Shown here piece after piece: positions 34,171-46,933 of a DNA stretch of 64,000 bases; position 1 is the stretch's first letter, and the number at the start of each line of letters is the position of its first letter. The stretch covers positions 26,040,001-26,104,000 of the forward strand of contig NC_083290.1 of NCBI RefSeq assembly GCF_963506605.1, given 5' to 3'. Origin of the DNA: Zootoca vivipara (taxonomy: Eukaryota). The position numbers were made by a program, and so were the translations under genes. The notes beneath the pieces were generated by a model. It had not been told where the DNA came from and made no database searches. It was given only the letters and a program-made list of their open reading frames with translations.

Positions 34171-35984
34171 GTAAGAAAAATGACTGGCTGGTAGCGTTTC
34201 CCTTTTATTTGCACACAGTAGATTGCAAGCAATCCAAGGCTGAGCTGGTGGTTCTAACTCAGTGATTGAGGGAATCCTATGGAATAGTGATTATGAAACA
34301 AAGAATAACACACACATATTTTGCAATTGTAGAAATGTTCTCGTGAGCTTGCATGGAAAGAGTGTTTGAAGCCCCCCCCTTTTTAACCACACTTTTGCCT
34401 CCCTGAACGTGTGAACAAAGGCACAGTGTGTGGCAGTGACTACCTTCTTCATGGATCTGATGAGACTGAAGGTGCTTCCAAGTGAGTGTGTATTGTAGGA
34501 TTGCTGTCCTTCATGCATGTGAGATTTGTTGCAGCATCCACACAGCATCGTTGCATGAAAATGCCACCCCATTTTTCCTGCTGTTTAATCCAAATTTCCC
34601 CTTTCTTAGGAAAAACCTGTTTGTGATATCTCAGTGACCCATTTATAATATTAAAAACTCCATCTGGAAACAACCTCTCTATTGGAAACCTTGTAGTTTT
34701 TTTTTAGATTATTCCTACAATCAGAACTGTGTCTCAGTGTGTTACCCCAAGTGCTGATACAGTAATTTGATTCTGTGCTTGTTTACCCTGAAATAAGCTT
34801 TTCTGGGTTCAGTGGGGCAATGGATTGCAGTCTGAGATTATAGAAGACATAAATCAATCCTCTAAAAAGTGACTTCATTCAGTTCTTAATGTATAATGCA
34901 GTCAGATTGCAACTAAAGGCATTGATATGCATTTACTGTGCTAAATAGAATTATAGAGGCATAGCTATAGACTTTCTTTCTTGTGTGTGTATCCCTTGGG
35001 ATGATGAAACTATATATCCATATCCCCTGGGATGGGGAAACATATCTTGAAACACATCTCCAAATCCTTAATATTTTTTAGTCCATTGATATTGTGGTCA
35101 TTAAAATCAATATGTGCGCCCAACAGTCAACAACAGACTCGACCAACATAAAGGGATGCATGGGTTTGTTATACTGTAAGGCAAGGTTTTGGGTTTTTTT
35201 AAAAAAAAAGAAAAAACAAGCCAATATGGTACAACCACACACAACGCAAAAGAGAGAGACAGCATCCCAGGTGTAAGGGAGGAACAACCCATGAAGATGA
35301 GACCATATGGGCCAATTGGCTTTACTTCTGTTTTGCGAGAAGTTAAAAAGACTTCCAGCTGGCGAGGGAGCCCTCTCAAAGCTGCTGGCAGCCGGGAACG
35401 AGATCCTTCTCTTTCTGCATACGGATCCAGGGCACTTTATGGAATGTGGCTGGCACAGAGCAGCATGGAGGGGAACGATGCCAGCCAGAGACTATTTTTA
35501 TTTTTTTGCAAACTCCGTTAAAATTTGTGAAAAGCTGAGCTGGTGGGTTGTGCACAAAGCCTGGCTGGAGTAGCAGTGGCTGTTAGAGGAGAAAGAATGC
35601 AGAAGGCAGCAGTAAACCATTCAGCGCTGAACAGAGAGAAAAGCTGCAAGCCCCCAGAGAGAAGCCGGTGGGATGACTGTGTTGCATAAAAGGTCTTTTG
35701 TTGTCCGTTCCAGTCTGCAGCCGGCTGCCATGTGCTTCTCTTGCTTCTGGGCCTGGCAAAATGGCTGGGCAGGAGGACCAGGCCTAGGGCAATGGTAGGT
35801 GATGCCTTTGGTTGGGGTGGGGAAGAGCAGGCAAAGCATGAGAGGAAAGCTCCAGGGTAAGGAGAATGAGAATGCATAGAAACTGGGAAATAAATGAAAG
35901 CCCCAAAAGAAATATACAGTATCGGGAATTCCAAAATGCTGAGTTTGCCAAGTTTCCTTAGCATGGCAGCTTACTGAACATGCC

Positions 35985-36350
35985 TTTAAAGCCCTAAACG
36001 GCCTCGGTCCTGTATACCTGAAGGAGCGTCTCCACCCCCATCATTCAGCCCGGACACTGAGAGATCCAGCACCGAGGGCCTTCTGGCGGTTCCCTCATTG
36101 CGAGAAGTGAGGTTACAGGGATCCAGACAGAGGGCCTTCTCGGTAGTGGCACCCGCCCTGTGGAACACCCTTCCAAGAGATGTCAAGAAAATAGGCAGCT
36201 ATCCTATTTTTAAAAGACATCTGAAGGCAGCCTTGTTTAGGGAAGTTTTTACTATTTAATGCTGTATTGTTTTAATATTCGATTGGGAGCTGCCCAGAGT
36301 GGCTGGGGAGACTCAGCCAGATGGACAGGGTACAAATAATAAATTATTAT
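35985..36350 (+). mobile_element. L2-like LINE 3' fragment in the HSPB2 intron
   Basis: FKALNGLGPVYLKERL...RAFSVVAPALWNTLP...FKRHLK type ORF2 C-terminus and (TTA)n tail. Confidence 0.75.
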
Positions 36351-36711
36351 TATCATTATATATTTGCCGCTCTTTGACCTGGATACTTTCTCAAAAAGAC
36401 CTTATTCTCCATCTCATGATGGCGGCACAGCTCACCATTGCAAGCTATCAGGGGACTCTGGAGAGAAACTTTTATCATAAAGTTTGGTTAACAAAACTTT
36501 GGGGCCTGATTCTGATGGATAAGTTGGCACTACAGCTATGTGTATGCAGGGGCAGTCAATGGACTGACCCTTTTACTTCTACATAAGTAAACAATGCACT
36601 AAGAACAGATACCTTGCTTTGGCACGGAACCTAAATCCCCTTCCATTATTCTTATTATTTTAATTGTTCTCAAGTGTGGCATAATCTGTACTTGTCCATT
36701 CTCCCTTTTAG

Positions 36712-37154
36712 GTGTTTCCCCAGGGGAAATCCTGTCCCCCACATTGTACCACGGCTACTACATTAGACCTCGGATTAATAAGCAGCTGGACCGAGGGATC
36801 TCAGAGGTCAACCTCAATGACCACAAATTCCAAGTGTTCCTCGACGTTTGTCAGTTCACGCCAGATGAGATTGCTGTCCGCACAGTGGACAATCTCCTGG
36901 AGGTGACAGCTCAGCACCCACAAAAGGCAGATCGGCATGGTTTCATATCCCGGGAGTTCACCAGGACCTATATCCTCCCTCTTGATGTTGACCCTCTATT
37001 GGTCAAAGCCACCGTGACCCATGATGGCATCCTGAATGTAGAAGCTCCGCGGACAGGAAAGGAGGTGAAGGCCAAAATCAACGAGGTGAAAATAACACGC
37101 CAAGAACAGCCAGCAGCGGAAGGAAAGGGCTGTGAGGAGAAGCCACAGCCCTAA
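36712..37154 (+). CDS. HSPB2: HSPB2 exon 2 (alpha-crystallin domain)
   Basis: cttttag|GT GTT; LYHGYYIRPR...FQVFLDVCQFTPDEIAVRTVDNLLEVTAQHPQKADRHGFISREFTRTYILPLDVDP; TAA; AATAAA 37563-37568; total 178 aa. Confidence 0.96.
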
Positions 37155-37649
37155 AACATTCCTCAGCAATGTCGGCTCCCACATTGAACATGCCCCCTTC
37201 AACGTGTACACATTTCACTGGATGTCAGGATTGGACAGCTGATTTGGGGAAGGGGGCCTACCCACATGGCTTTGTGGGGTCCTGTCTCTTTTTCCTCGTC
37301 CTTTAGATGTGGCAGCCGTTTTGTGTTATGCCATGCATCCGCAGCAGCCATTTTTTTTATGCCATGCCTCCAAGGCAGCCATTTTGTGACTGGTGTCCAT
37401 AGCACATTCCCAAAAAAATTCCAAACATGCCCACTGGCAGAATTTTTTTTTGGCAAAAGCCCCTGTCCTATTGGATGCCTACTGACTTGGATCACATCTC
37501 TGTGTGTGCATTTAAGCTGTTAAGCCTCATGCTCTGAATGTATAAATTTGTTTTTTTAAAAAAATAAATAATCCTGAGAATTATACGCTTGTGGACCTCT
37601 GTACCTCACTAATACTCTTTCAAAACTGAGAGGCAAGGAGATGGGATGT

Positions 37650-37780
37650 TCATTTGACCAATCAGAAGGGAGCAGTAGAGTGCCTGGTGGGCATTCTGGT
37701 CAATCTGATTGGGCCGGGCTACTCCCATTGGTTCTGCCAGCCGCCGCCATCAATTGCTCATGTTGTCACGGCAACAAGGG
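37650..37780. promoter_or_regulatory. CCAAT/ATTGG cluster plus RFX X-box GTTGTCACGGCAAC (37762-37775)
   Basis: Motifs read directly; function inferred. Confidence 0.45.
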
Positions 37781-40129
37781 CACTGTCACTCATCGCAATG
37801 CAGCTAGTTTTGCCTATTTGGTCCATGGAGCTCAAGTTAGTGGGATTCTGAAAGAAAGAAGTTGGCGACAGTGCAGCAGTACCAATGTTGATACGGCCCC
37901 CTTCATGTGTGTGAGCTCCCACCATGCCCCAGATTATGAGGCATCTGTTGGCAGACTGGGCAAGCACACAAGCCACCTCAACCTCTTCCTGCTATGGTGA
38001 GATGTATTGCGTTCCTATTTAAATGCCAGCACAGTAATTATTCCTGAGTTTTAGGAACAGAATCAAGTGCCTGTCCATACCTCGACTTGATGTGGGTTGT
38101 GAACCCCCTGTGCCTCCTTTAATTCCCCCTCTGTTCATGCAGAATTCACCTCTAACTACTACTGTCCCAGACTTTCTCCTCCCTAAATTCAGAGATTCCC
38201 TATGCAATCAATATAGCTATTTTGGATTTTCAAATCACAGGGATTTGGGGAGGAGAAAGTGTGGGGCAGCAGTAGTTGGAGGAAAACACTGCATGGATGT
38301 GGGGGAATTAAAAGAGGACTGCCTCTAAGTTAACCATATGCAAATTGGCACCCTCTTTTCATGGAGATACGTATCCCCTTTTCTGATGGTGCATTGACTG
38401 GCTGCTCCGGCTGGGTGTGCTGGCTACTGAACTCATATGTTTGCTTTTTTTGTGCCGTGAGAATAAGGCATTAATAAAACCACAACTGAAAGGAGGCACA
38501 TGTGTGCTTTATCCAGTGAAGCATGCCATTCTGAAAGCTCATAAAAATAAACTAAGAAAAAAGAAAGAACCGAAGTCTGCAATGCTTACTATTCCTCATG
38601 ACTAAAACATTTCTCCTGTGCAAACAAGCTTACCATCTCTATTGACTTTTACTTCCACAACACACCTTGGAGGCAGCTCATTGTTAACCGAGGGCCATAA
38701 GCAGATGTTTAGCAACGCAGGTGACCTCAGGGTACACACTGGGAGTAGGTCCATCATGTTGATGTGAAACAGCAGGAACAGGAATATAAGTTAACAGGGT
38801 TTAGATTGCAGTCCTGTACCCGCTTATCAGGGAGCATGTCTCACTGAACTGAGCGATACTTCCGAGTAATTGTGTAGAATGTTATAATGACTACTTACAG
38901 AGCACCAGCATTTTATGGCATGACGTCAGTAGTGTAGTGGCAAATTCAGAAGTGCAGAGTCCCTTCTTAATAGTCACAGCCATGGCCACTCTCAGTCGCA
39001 CCCTCCTAAGATTATGCAGCATTCTAAGATCATGCAATCTTATAATGATGCAATAATGATAAATAGGGATGCCTTGCAATGCCCAGTGCCGATCTTCTTT
39101 CGGAGTCTCTTAATTTGTGTTTTCCTTGAAGTTCCTTTGTATGTAACAGAACTTGCACACCAGTCTCTTGAAATGGATGTACCTTGTGTTTTCAGTGTTC
39201 CTAAATGCTTAGGTTTGGAGCATACTAAATAACTCCCCCTTGGCATTTTTCTCATGCGCCTTTTCCAGAGTGACCCTAGCAGCCAGTCCTCAGTGGCTGA
39301 CTCATCTCCTTTCACTCTGACTGACTCCAATCGTCACTAAAGGTGAGAAGGCTTCTAGCCGCTACAAAAACTTTCCTTTCATGCTGAGTGTGGGGCTCTA
39401 GGATGCTGGAGACAGGGACCTTACTGCATATACAAAAGGGTTCCTTTTTTATTTTTTGCCCCCCTGTGATCCCAAATCACCGCATGTTTTGTGTGATGTA
39501 AAAAAAACCCACAGATCCCTGCCCAAGAAAACTTACGGTAGTTTTCTATATTTCAGCAAAAGGGGCGACTGCAAAAGATGGAGAGAGGAGAAGGTATCAG
39601 GGAAGCAAATGAATCTTCATGCAAATTTGGCTACAATATCTCAAGAGGCGTCTGAATGCACAGTGAACATACATACTTCCTAAAATATATAGTTGGGGGT
39701 TTGTCATTAAAATTGTAACGACCCTGAAAAAAATGCCAAGTGCTTGTCAGCCATCCCCAGGGTTCCTTGGGAAGAAGAAGAAAAACTATCCAGGATAAAG
39801 TTTCCTTCTTATTGAGCATCCCATTAGGCAGAGTGAGGCAGCTGGCTTGAGCAGCTGGTTGTGGGTGCTGCAAAAGGACAGCAAATGGTTACTTATTTTA
39901 TTCTTGTCGGGGAGGGGGGTTAATGCCCAGTGAAAGAAAGAGGTACTTGAGGACCCCAAATTAACTTGGGTGTTATGCACCTTCCCAGAGGTGTGGAGGA
40001 TAAACCATTTTTTGTACCTTCTCAGCAAAGACGGGAGAGAAATTAAATCCAATTCACATTTAACAACCCTACCAAATGCGCACTTTCTGAAATAATATGC
40101 AAGCCGAAACACAGTCATCTAAGATCTAG

Positions 40130-40752
40130 GGGTCTTAGTAGAGCACAATATTAATATGATTCGACAGTGTGATGCAGCAACAACAAAAAAGCAAATGTTA
40201 TTCTATGCTGTCTCCAGTTCTGGGCACCACAATTTAAGAAGGTTGTTGACAAGCTGGAATGTGTGCAAGCGATATGATCAAGGGTCTGGAAAGCCTTATG
40301 ATGCAAAGTTGAGGGAGGTTATTTATCTATTTTATTCAATTTGTATACTGCTTTTTATCCAAAGATCACAGGGTGGTTCACAACATAAAAAGTTATGTTT
40401 AGCTTGGAAAAAAAGGAGACTGAAAGCAGATGCGATAGCCATCTTCTAATATCTCAAGGTCTATCACCTGGAATATGTTTTCTGCTGCTCTGGAGGGTAG
40501 GACCTGAACCAATGGATTCATGTTACAAGAAAGGAAATTCCGACTAAATATCAGGGAAAACTTTCTGACGGTAAGAGCTGTTCAACAGCGGAATGGACTC
40601 CCTCAAAAAGTGATGGACTCTCTTTCATTGGAGGTTTTTAAACAAAGGTTGGATGGCCATCTATTATGGATACTTTAGTTGAGATTCTTGTAGGGGGTTG
40701 GACTAGATGACCCTTGGGTTCCTTCCAACTCTATAATTCTATTATTCTATGA
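40130..40752 (+). mobile_element. Degraded CR1 LINE 3' portion
   Basis: CR1-type ORF2 remnants (GATCTAGGGGTCTTAGT; CCAGTTCTGGGCACC) and (ATTCT)n terminus. Confidence 0.8.
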
Positions 40753-41253
40753 TGTTTAGAAAGTCATGCTTCTCATTTTGCAATGCAGTTCCCCGGCCAA
40801 GTAAGGTGTACAAAAATGCATATACTAGGGTAATCTTTGCATTAAAATGCATATATTAAATAACATGCAAGAATGCATGATATTGGGCAAATTTGCTTTG
40901 GAAGAATATCTACAGTAAACTAGGCTAAGAAACAGGAACTGGCTTCTGATCCTCCAGTGAGTTTCACAGCAGCCAAACTCTTGCACTCGAGTCCTACTTG
41001 TGGGTTTCTCATACGCATGCAGTTAATCATGGAGAGAAACGGATGCCAAACCAGTTGTGCCTTTGGTCTGATCCAGCAGGCCTCTTCTTACGTTTGCAAA
41101 ACTCAATAATTCTGACTTTTCATCCTCTTTTCTCTGCCCCATGCAGGTCTGGTGGACCTCAGGATGCCACTCTGCAAAGCTGGGCACTGTTCCCTTCTTC
41201 CAGCCAGTGCTCAATTCCTTCGTTATGGAAACAGATTTGCACACACCTCTCGT

Positions 41254-41343
41254 CATAGCTGCCAAGTTCTCCCTTTTTTTACGGGAAATTCCCTTATGCT
41301 GAATAGGCTTCCTCACGAGAAAAGGGAAAACTTGGCAGCTATG
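41254..41343. mobile_element. 90-bp hAT MITE
   Basis: TIR CATAGCTGCCAAGTT; TSD CCTCTCGT/CCTCTCCT; sister copy at 53173. Confidence 0.85.
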
Positions 41344-42198
41344 CCTCTCCTGTCAGTAGCAGTGGAGGAGAAATTTGACTTTGTTTACATTTCAGTGAGA
41401 AGCTACCTAATTCCACACCTCTCGAACCAATGTGTGAACCAAAACACAACCATCTTTCCATACCTGCAGTTCTCTGTATTTTGCAATGCAGCTATCCAAC
41501 CAAACAGTGCATAAAGATGAATATAATGGGGGAGGGGGTGGGATGCACATTAGAAATGTATATATTAGTCACAAAATAGCATGCAAAACATGCATATTGC
41601 TAAACGAGAAACTACAAAAATATGTTTAGTGGGAGAAAATTGCACTAAAATGCTGATGGATTTCCATGAGGATTTTAAAAACAAATCGCAAATTGCTGCA
41701 GAAATGTGGAGAGCTGGATTTAAGATTGGAATAATAACATTCTGGTTTGTCCATCCCTACATTTCAGGCCCCAAATAAGTGGGTCTTGGTTTTGGCCCAT
41801 CTACTGCAGGGAATTACAGGCCCAGATTTTTGCCAGCAAAGCATAATCCACCCCCACCCCACAGCCCCGCATTACATTGTTAAGCCTGGGCGCTGAGACC
41901 CAGACTCCCTTTTGTGCCCGCAGACACGTTATGAAAAGGGAATGTGGACTGGCAGCCAAGGATTGGCTGGCAGGGGTGGTGTTTTTGATGCTTCTCTATT
42001 TCCCCAGAGGAGCTAAAAAAAAAAACCCTGAGCAAACTGAGCACATGTCCAGAGAGGGGCTTAAAGGAGCAGGCGTGCAAACCCAGAGTTTGTGTTATTT
42101 TTGGGTCTCAGCAGGGCTAAGAAAACTCAATAGACGTTCTGGTAATCAAAACAGATTCAGGGACTGTGCTCATATTAGCAAAGGCCTAGTGCTTCTGG

Positions 42199-43008
42199 AG
42201 ATTGCCGGAAGAAATATCAACAACCTCAGATATGCAGATGACACAACCTTGATGGCAGAAAGCGAGGAGGAATTAAAGAACCTTTTAATGAGGGTGAAAG
42301 AGGAGAGCGCAAAATATGGTCTGAAGCTCAACATCAAAAAAACCAAGATCATGGCCACTGGTCCCATCACCTCCTGGCAAATAGAAGGGGAAGAAATGGA
42401 GGCAGTGAGTGATTTTACTTTCTTGGGCTCCTTGATCACTGCAGATGGTGACAGCAGTCACGAAATTAAAAGACGCCTGCTTCTTGGGAGAAAAGCAATG
42501 ACAAACCTAGACAGCATCTTAAAAAGCAGAGACATCACTTTGCCGACAAAGGTCCATATAGTTAAAGCTATGGTTTTCCCAGTAGTGATGTATGGAAGTG
42601 AGAGCTGGACCATAAAGAAGGCTGATCGTCGAAGAATTGATGCTTTTGAATTATGGTGCTGGAGGAGACTCTTGAGAGTCCCATGGACTGCTAGAAGATC
42701 AAACCTATCCATTCTTAAGGAAATCAGCCCTGAGTGCTCCCTGGAAGGACAGATCGTGAAGCTGAGGCTCCAATACTTTGGCCACCTCATGAGAAGAGAA
42801 GAATCCTTGGAAAAGACCCTGATGTTGGGAAAGATGGAGGGCACTAGGAGAAGGGGACGACAGAGGACAAGATGGTTGGACAGTGTTCTCGAAGCTACGA
42901 ACATGAGTTTGACCAAACTGCGGGAGGCAGTGCAAGACAGGAGTGCCTGGCGTGCTATGGTCCATGGGGTCACGAAGAGTCGGACACGACTAAACGACTA
43001 AACAACAA
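42199..43008 (+). mobile_element. RTE-BovB LINE, 5'-truncated, frame intact, 11-bp TSD AGTGCTTCTGG
   Basis: Near-identical to 3542-4350; TSD at 42188-42198 and 43009-43019. Confidence 0.95.
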
Positions 43009-44493
43009 AGTGCTTCTGGGGAGGGGGTTTGTTCAAGGCTACTGTACTGTACTTGTTTGCACTGTGAATATAGTCGTGGAAGCCACTAAAACGATCAGAT
43101 AATCTGAATGCTTCTAGATGAGCTGCTTATTGAAGATTCATTCTGATTGGTTCACAGAGAGATTAGATGATGTTGGTTATTTAATGAGCATTCGTTCTAA
43201 GTTGTTTGTGGGGAGGTTAGATGATGATGCGTCAAAGCAAGTGTTATTCACACTTTCTACAATCAGCATCTGGTTGGTGACTGTGAAAACAGGATACTGA
43301 AGGAGGCAGGCCTTTGGACTGATCCTGTAGGGCTCTTACGATTCCCATCACCTGCCGCCTGATCTTTTCAAATGGAGGTTGAACCTGGGCCCTTCTGCAT
43401 GCCAAGCACGAGCTCTCTCACTTGGCTATGGTTCGCTTCTTGGCCACAGCCTTTCCACCTAACCCCAATTCTGCTGGGGATCTCAATGAGCAGAATATCC
43501 CGTCTTCCTTTATCCCTTGCTGTCTCCTGCAGATGCAAGGTGACTGGTAATGGAGAAGAGCAGAGAGGGCTACATATACCCTGTTTTTGTTTCAAAACTT
43601 CCTGTCTAGTTTTTGGAATTCCCCTGCCAAAGGCCACCTGTGGAATTGCTGACTCTTTTGCATCTGCTCAGGGCTCAGCAGTCCTCTCAGGAACATAAAA
43701 GTAAAGAATACACACTAGCCCCCCTCCTACAAATTAACAATACACTCATAATCCAATCATATCATGGTGTGGTGGGGAAGAAGGGAGGATGTTGGCAGAG
43801 GCGGATTTAGGGGAACATGACTGGTTCACCCACACTGGGCACCGAACAACAGAAAGCGAGAAGGGGGGGCCTCTGAATTTTGGTGTTGCACCCATTTTGC
43901 TGCTGAAATTTTAAAGTCTACCACTGATGTTGGGCTAATAAGTCGAGCTCATGATCTTCAGGCGGGTTATTTTTTTTTTGGAGCAAAATGTTGCATGAGA
44001 ATAAGACAAGCCTGCAACCACGGGCAAGTCGGCTCCTCGCCCCACTGGAAGTTTGGAAATATTTTTCAAAATCAAAATCTGTGTATCCATCCATATGGAT
44101 ATGATTCCTTTTGCATGTGCCTTCCAGATTCCACACCCGTTTCAGCTGAATGTCCTGGGCACGATGCTACGAGCGGATGTGAGGAGCCCAATTGTGCATC
44201 TAAGTCCTATAACTCAAGCTGCCACACACTCCAAAGCCAGCAAAGGAAGAGAGTCAAGGGGGGAAGCAGCAACAGCAGCAGACGCTGCCTTCGGGAGATC
44301 TTCTGTCCAGTAGATGGCACACACAGCTTTGCCTTCCTTGATGGAGGGAGAAACCTGACACGTCCATGATCCAGACACTCCCTTGGATTGGATCTGCCAG
44401 GGGCTGAACAGGGAACCAGGAAATGCGGGCGCCCTGTGCTCCAGTGAGGTTCTCCTCCCCAGAAAGGCAAGATTTCTCCCTCCAGAGAGCGAA

Positions 44494-44528
44494 ATGGGCA
44501 ACCAGTGCTGCTGCTGCGGAGGCGCCTG
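44494..44528 (+). CDS. C11orf52: C11orf52 homolog coding exon 1 (MGNQCCCCGGA-W)
   Basis: GAAATGG; resembles human MGNRVCCGGSW; donor TG|gtgagt; weak CpG island. Confidence 0.85.
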
Positions 44529-46394
44529 GTGAGTTAGCTGGGGCTGGCTTGCTGCTTGGGAGCTGGGCAAAGAGGGAGGCGGGAGCGCTTCTTGGGGCAG
44601 CCCAGGGCTACGAAGAAGACCAGCTTTGCCAGCTGTGTCGTGTTAAAGAGAGGGAGAGGCGGTGTTTCGCTGCCGGGTCTGGAGAGCTTAGCTGGTGCCA
44701 CCACCATCCTCCTCAGCCCCGTGGCTGGGAGCAGAGCCACCCGGGGTATCGATAGGGGAAGGATGGAAGCGTTCCAGGTTTCACATCCATAGGCGGAGCC
44801 TGCCCACCTCCTGATCTGCCTGAAATGTTTTTGCAGGCGAGATACAGAGAGATCCTCCTGGAGTGGCGTCCGCTTCTCCAAAGGAGGCAGAGCTTAACTG
44901 GAGACAGGTGTCAATGGGGCTCCAGCCCTACGCAGAAGCTCATTCATTGTCAAAACCCGGACACTTATTTGCTGAACACATACAGGGTGTGCTGCCTGTA
45001 CCAATGAGAGCTGCCACCACTAGCCCATACATACCAGGTTGGCTGGGGGGTGGGTGGGCACCTGCGGTTTTCCAGATGTTGGTGGACTACAACTCCCATC
45101 ATCCCCAGCCATTGGCCGTGCTAGCTGATGCGGCTGATGGACGGCTGCAGGTTCCCCATCCCTGTACTAGATAATAGGAGGTGGTCAATGTGTATAAGTT
45201 TGATGGGCAGGCTGGAGTGCTAGCACCGCCCCTTTTAGAAATTAACCACTCAGAGGAGGGCTAGCAGGCTGCCAAACTTTTCCCACCTGTTGCCGCTCCT
45301 GTGCCCTTAGCAGCAGTTTTGTCTGTCCTTTAATGGCAGTTGTGTTTTATTATCTCCATGCTGGGGGAAAACTTTACTCTCTAGTTTCTATATACAGCAT
45401 CAGGCAACAGTTAAAATCATAAGAGCTGACCGGGGTGGGGGTCAGTTGGCACTCCTTGTTGGAATGACGGCCACTTGAGAACCCAGTGCATTAATCTGCA
45501 CTGGGGGCTCCTTGGAGAAAGTATGGAACAACAACCAGAAAACCCCCAAAAGTTTAATTATTGAAAAGAAATCCATCCTTTTCCTTATGTTGCAGGCTAG
45601 GAAAGAGTGCTGTGCCAATGCCACTGACTTTGGGCGACTTTCGAACTAGGAACTTCCCGGTTGTCACTCAGCCCATTCTCTTTCAGGGGGTTCCAACCAC
45701 TATTTGGACATGTGAGAACCTCAGGGTGCCAAAAATTCCTTCAGCCTACATTTGGAGTCCCAAATGGGAGTAGATTGGGGTGATCTAGGGAAATATGAAG
45801 TTGCCTTTTGGTCCAATCTAATTCAGTATTGTCTACACTGACTGGCAGCAGCTCTCCAGGGCTTCAAGCAGGGGGTCTCTCCCAGCTCTACCCGGACATG
45901 CCACTGGGGATTGAAACTAGGACCTTTGACATACAAAGCAGATGCTGTTCTACTGAGCTATAGTCCTTCCATTCTGGGGAGGAATCTCCCTAGGATTCCC
46001 CATTTATTTTGCCTCCTATATGCCGTATTTACTTGAGTCTAATGCGCCATTGAATCTAATGCACACCTCAATTTTCAGAACCTTGAAACCAAAAAAAGTA
46101 TTTGCTGGCAAATGTAAATGTGCCATTGAATCTAATGTGCACCTCAATTTTCGCAACGTAATTTGGGCAAAAAAAGGTGAGCATTTGATACGAGTAAAAT
46201 AGAAGCAGCACCAGAAAGAAGCAGGTTCCCTTTATGGCAGGTGGAAGGCTCTCCTTCTCCTACATTGGGAGTGCCAGTTGGGAGAGCCCAGCTTTGAACA
46301 AGAGGAGAGGCTCACTGTGAAACAGAAGTCCTGATTTTCGGTTTTGCTGTCAGGCTAATGGTTTGTGGCCGAACAGAGAAATAGCATCATCTAG

Positions 46395-46396
<2 letters not shown>

Positions 46397-46447
<51 letters not shown>
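46397..46447. repeat. (GA)n microsatellite
   Basis: Visible. Confidence 0.95.
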
Positions 46448-46448
<1 letters not shown>

Positions 46449-46451
<3 letters not shown>

Positions 46452-46933
46452 GAGACATCACCTTGCTGACAAAGGTCCGTATAGTTAAAGCTATGGTTTT
46501 CCCAGTAGTGATGTATGGAAGTGAGAGTTGGACCATAAAGAAGGCTGATCACTGAAGGATTGGTGCTTTTGAACTATGGTGCTGGAGCAGACTCTTGAGA
46601 GTCCCATGGACTGCAAGAAGATCAGACCTATCCATTCTGAAGGAAATCAGCCCTGAGTGCTCACTGGAAGGACAGATCCTGAAGCTGAGGGTCCAATACT
46701 TTGGCCACATCATGAGAAGAGAAGACTCCCTGGAAAAGACCCTGATATTGGGAAAGATTGAGGGCACAAGGAGAAGGGGACGACAGAGGACGAGATGGTT
46801 GGACAGTGTTCTCTAAGCTACGAACATGAGTTTGACCAAACTGCGGGAGGCAGTGGAAGGCAGGAGTGCCTGGCATGCTCTGGTTCAGGGGGTCATGAAG
46901 AGTCGGACACGACTAAACGACTAAACAACAATA
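46449..46933 (+). mobile_element. RTE-BovB LINE 3' fragment with stops
   Basis: Homologous to 3869-4350; (CAA) tail; TSD AGTGGAGAGAGA. Confidence 0.92.

Noticed and set aside
41877-43001. 374-aa ORF that could be a domesticated RT fusion gene
   Set aside because: The first 107 codons are flanking DNA upstream of the BovB TSD (42188-42198), read from a TTG start. The RT lacks its N-terminal motifs. Chance in-frame fusion.
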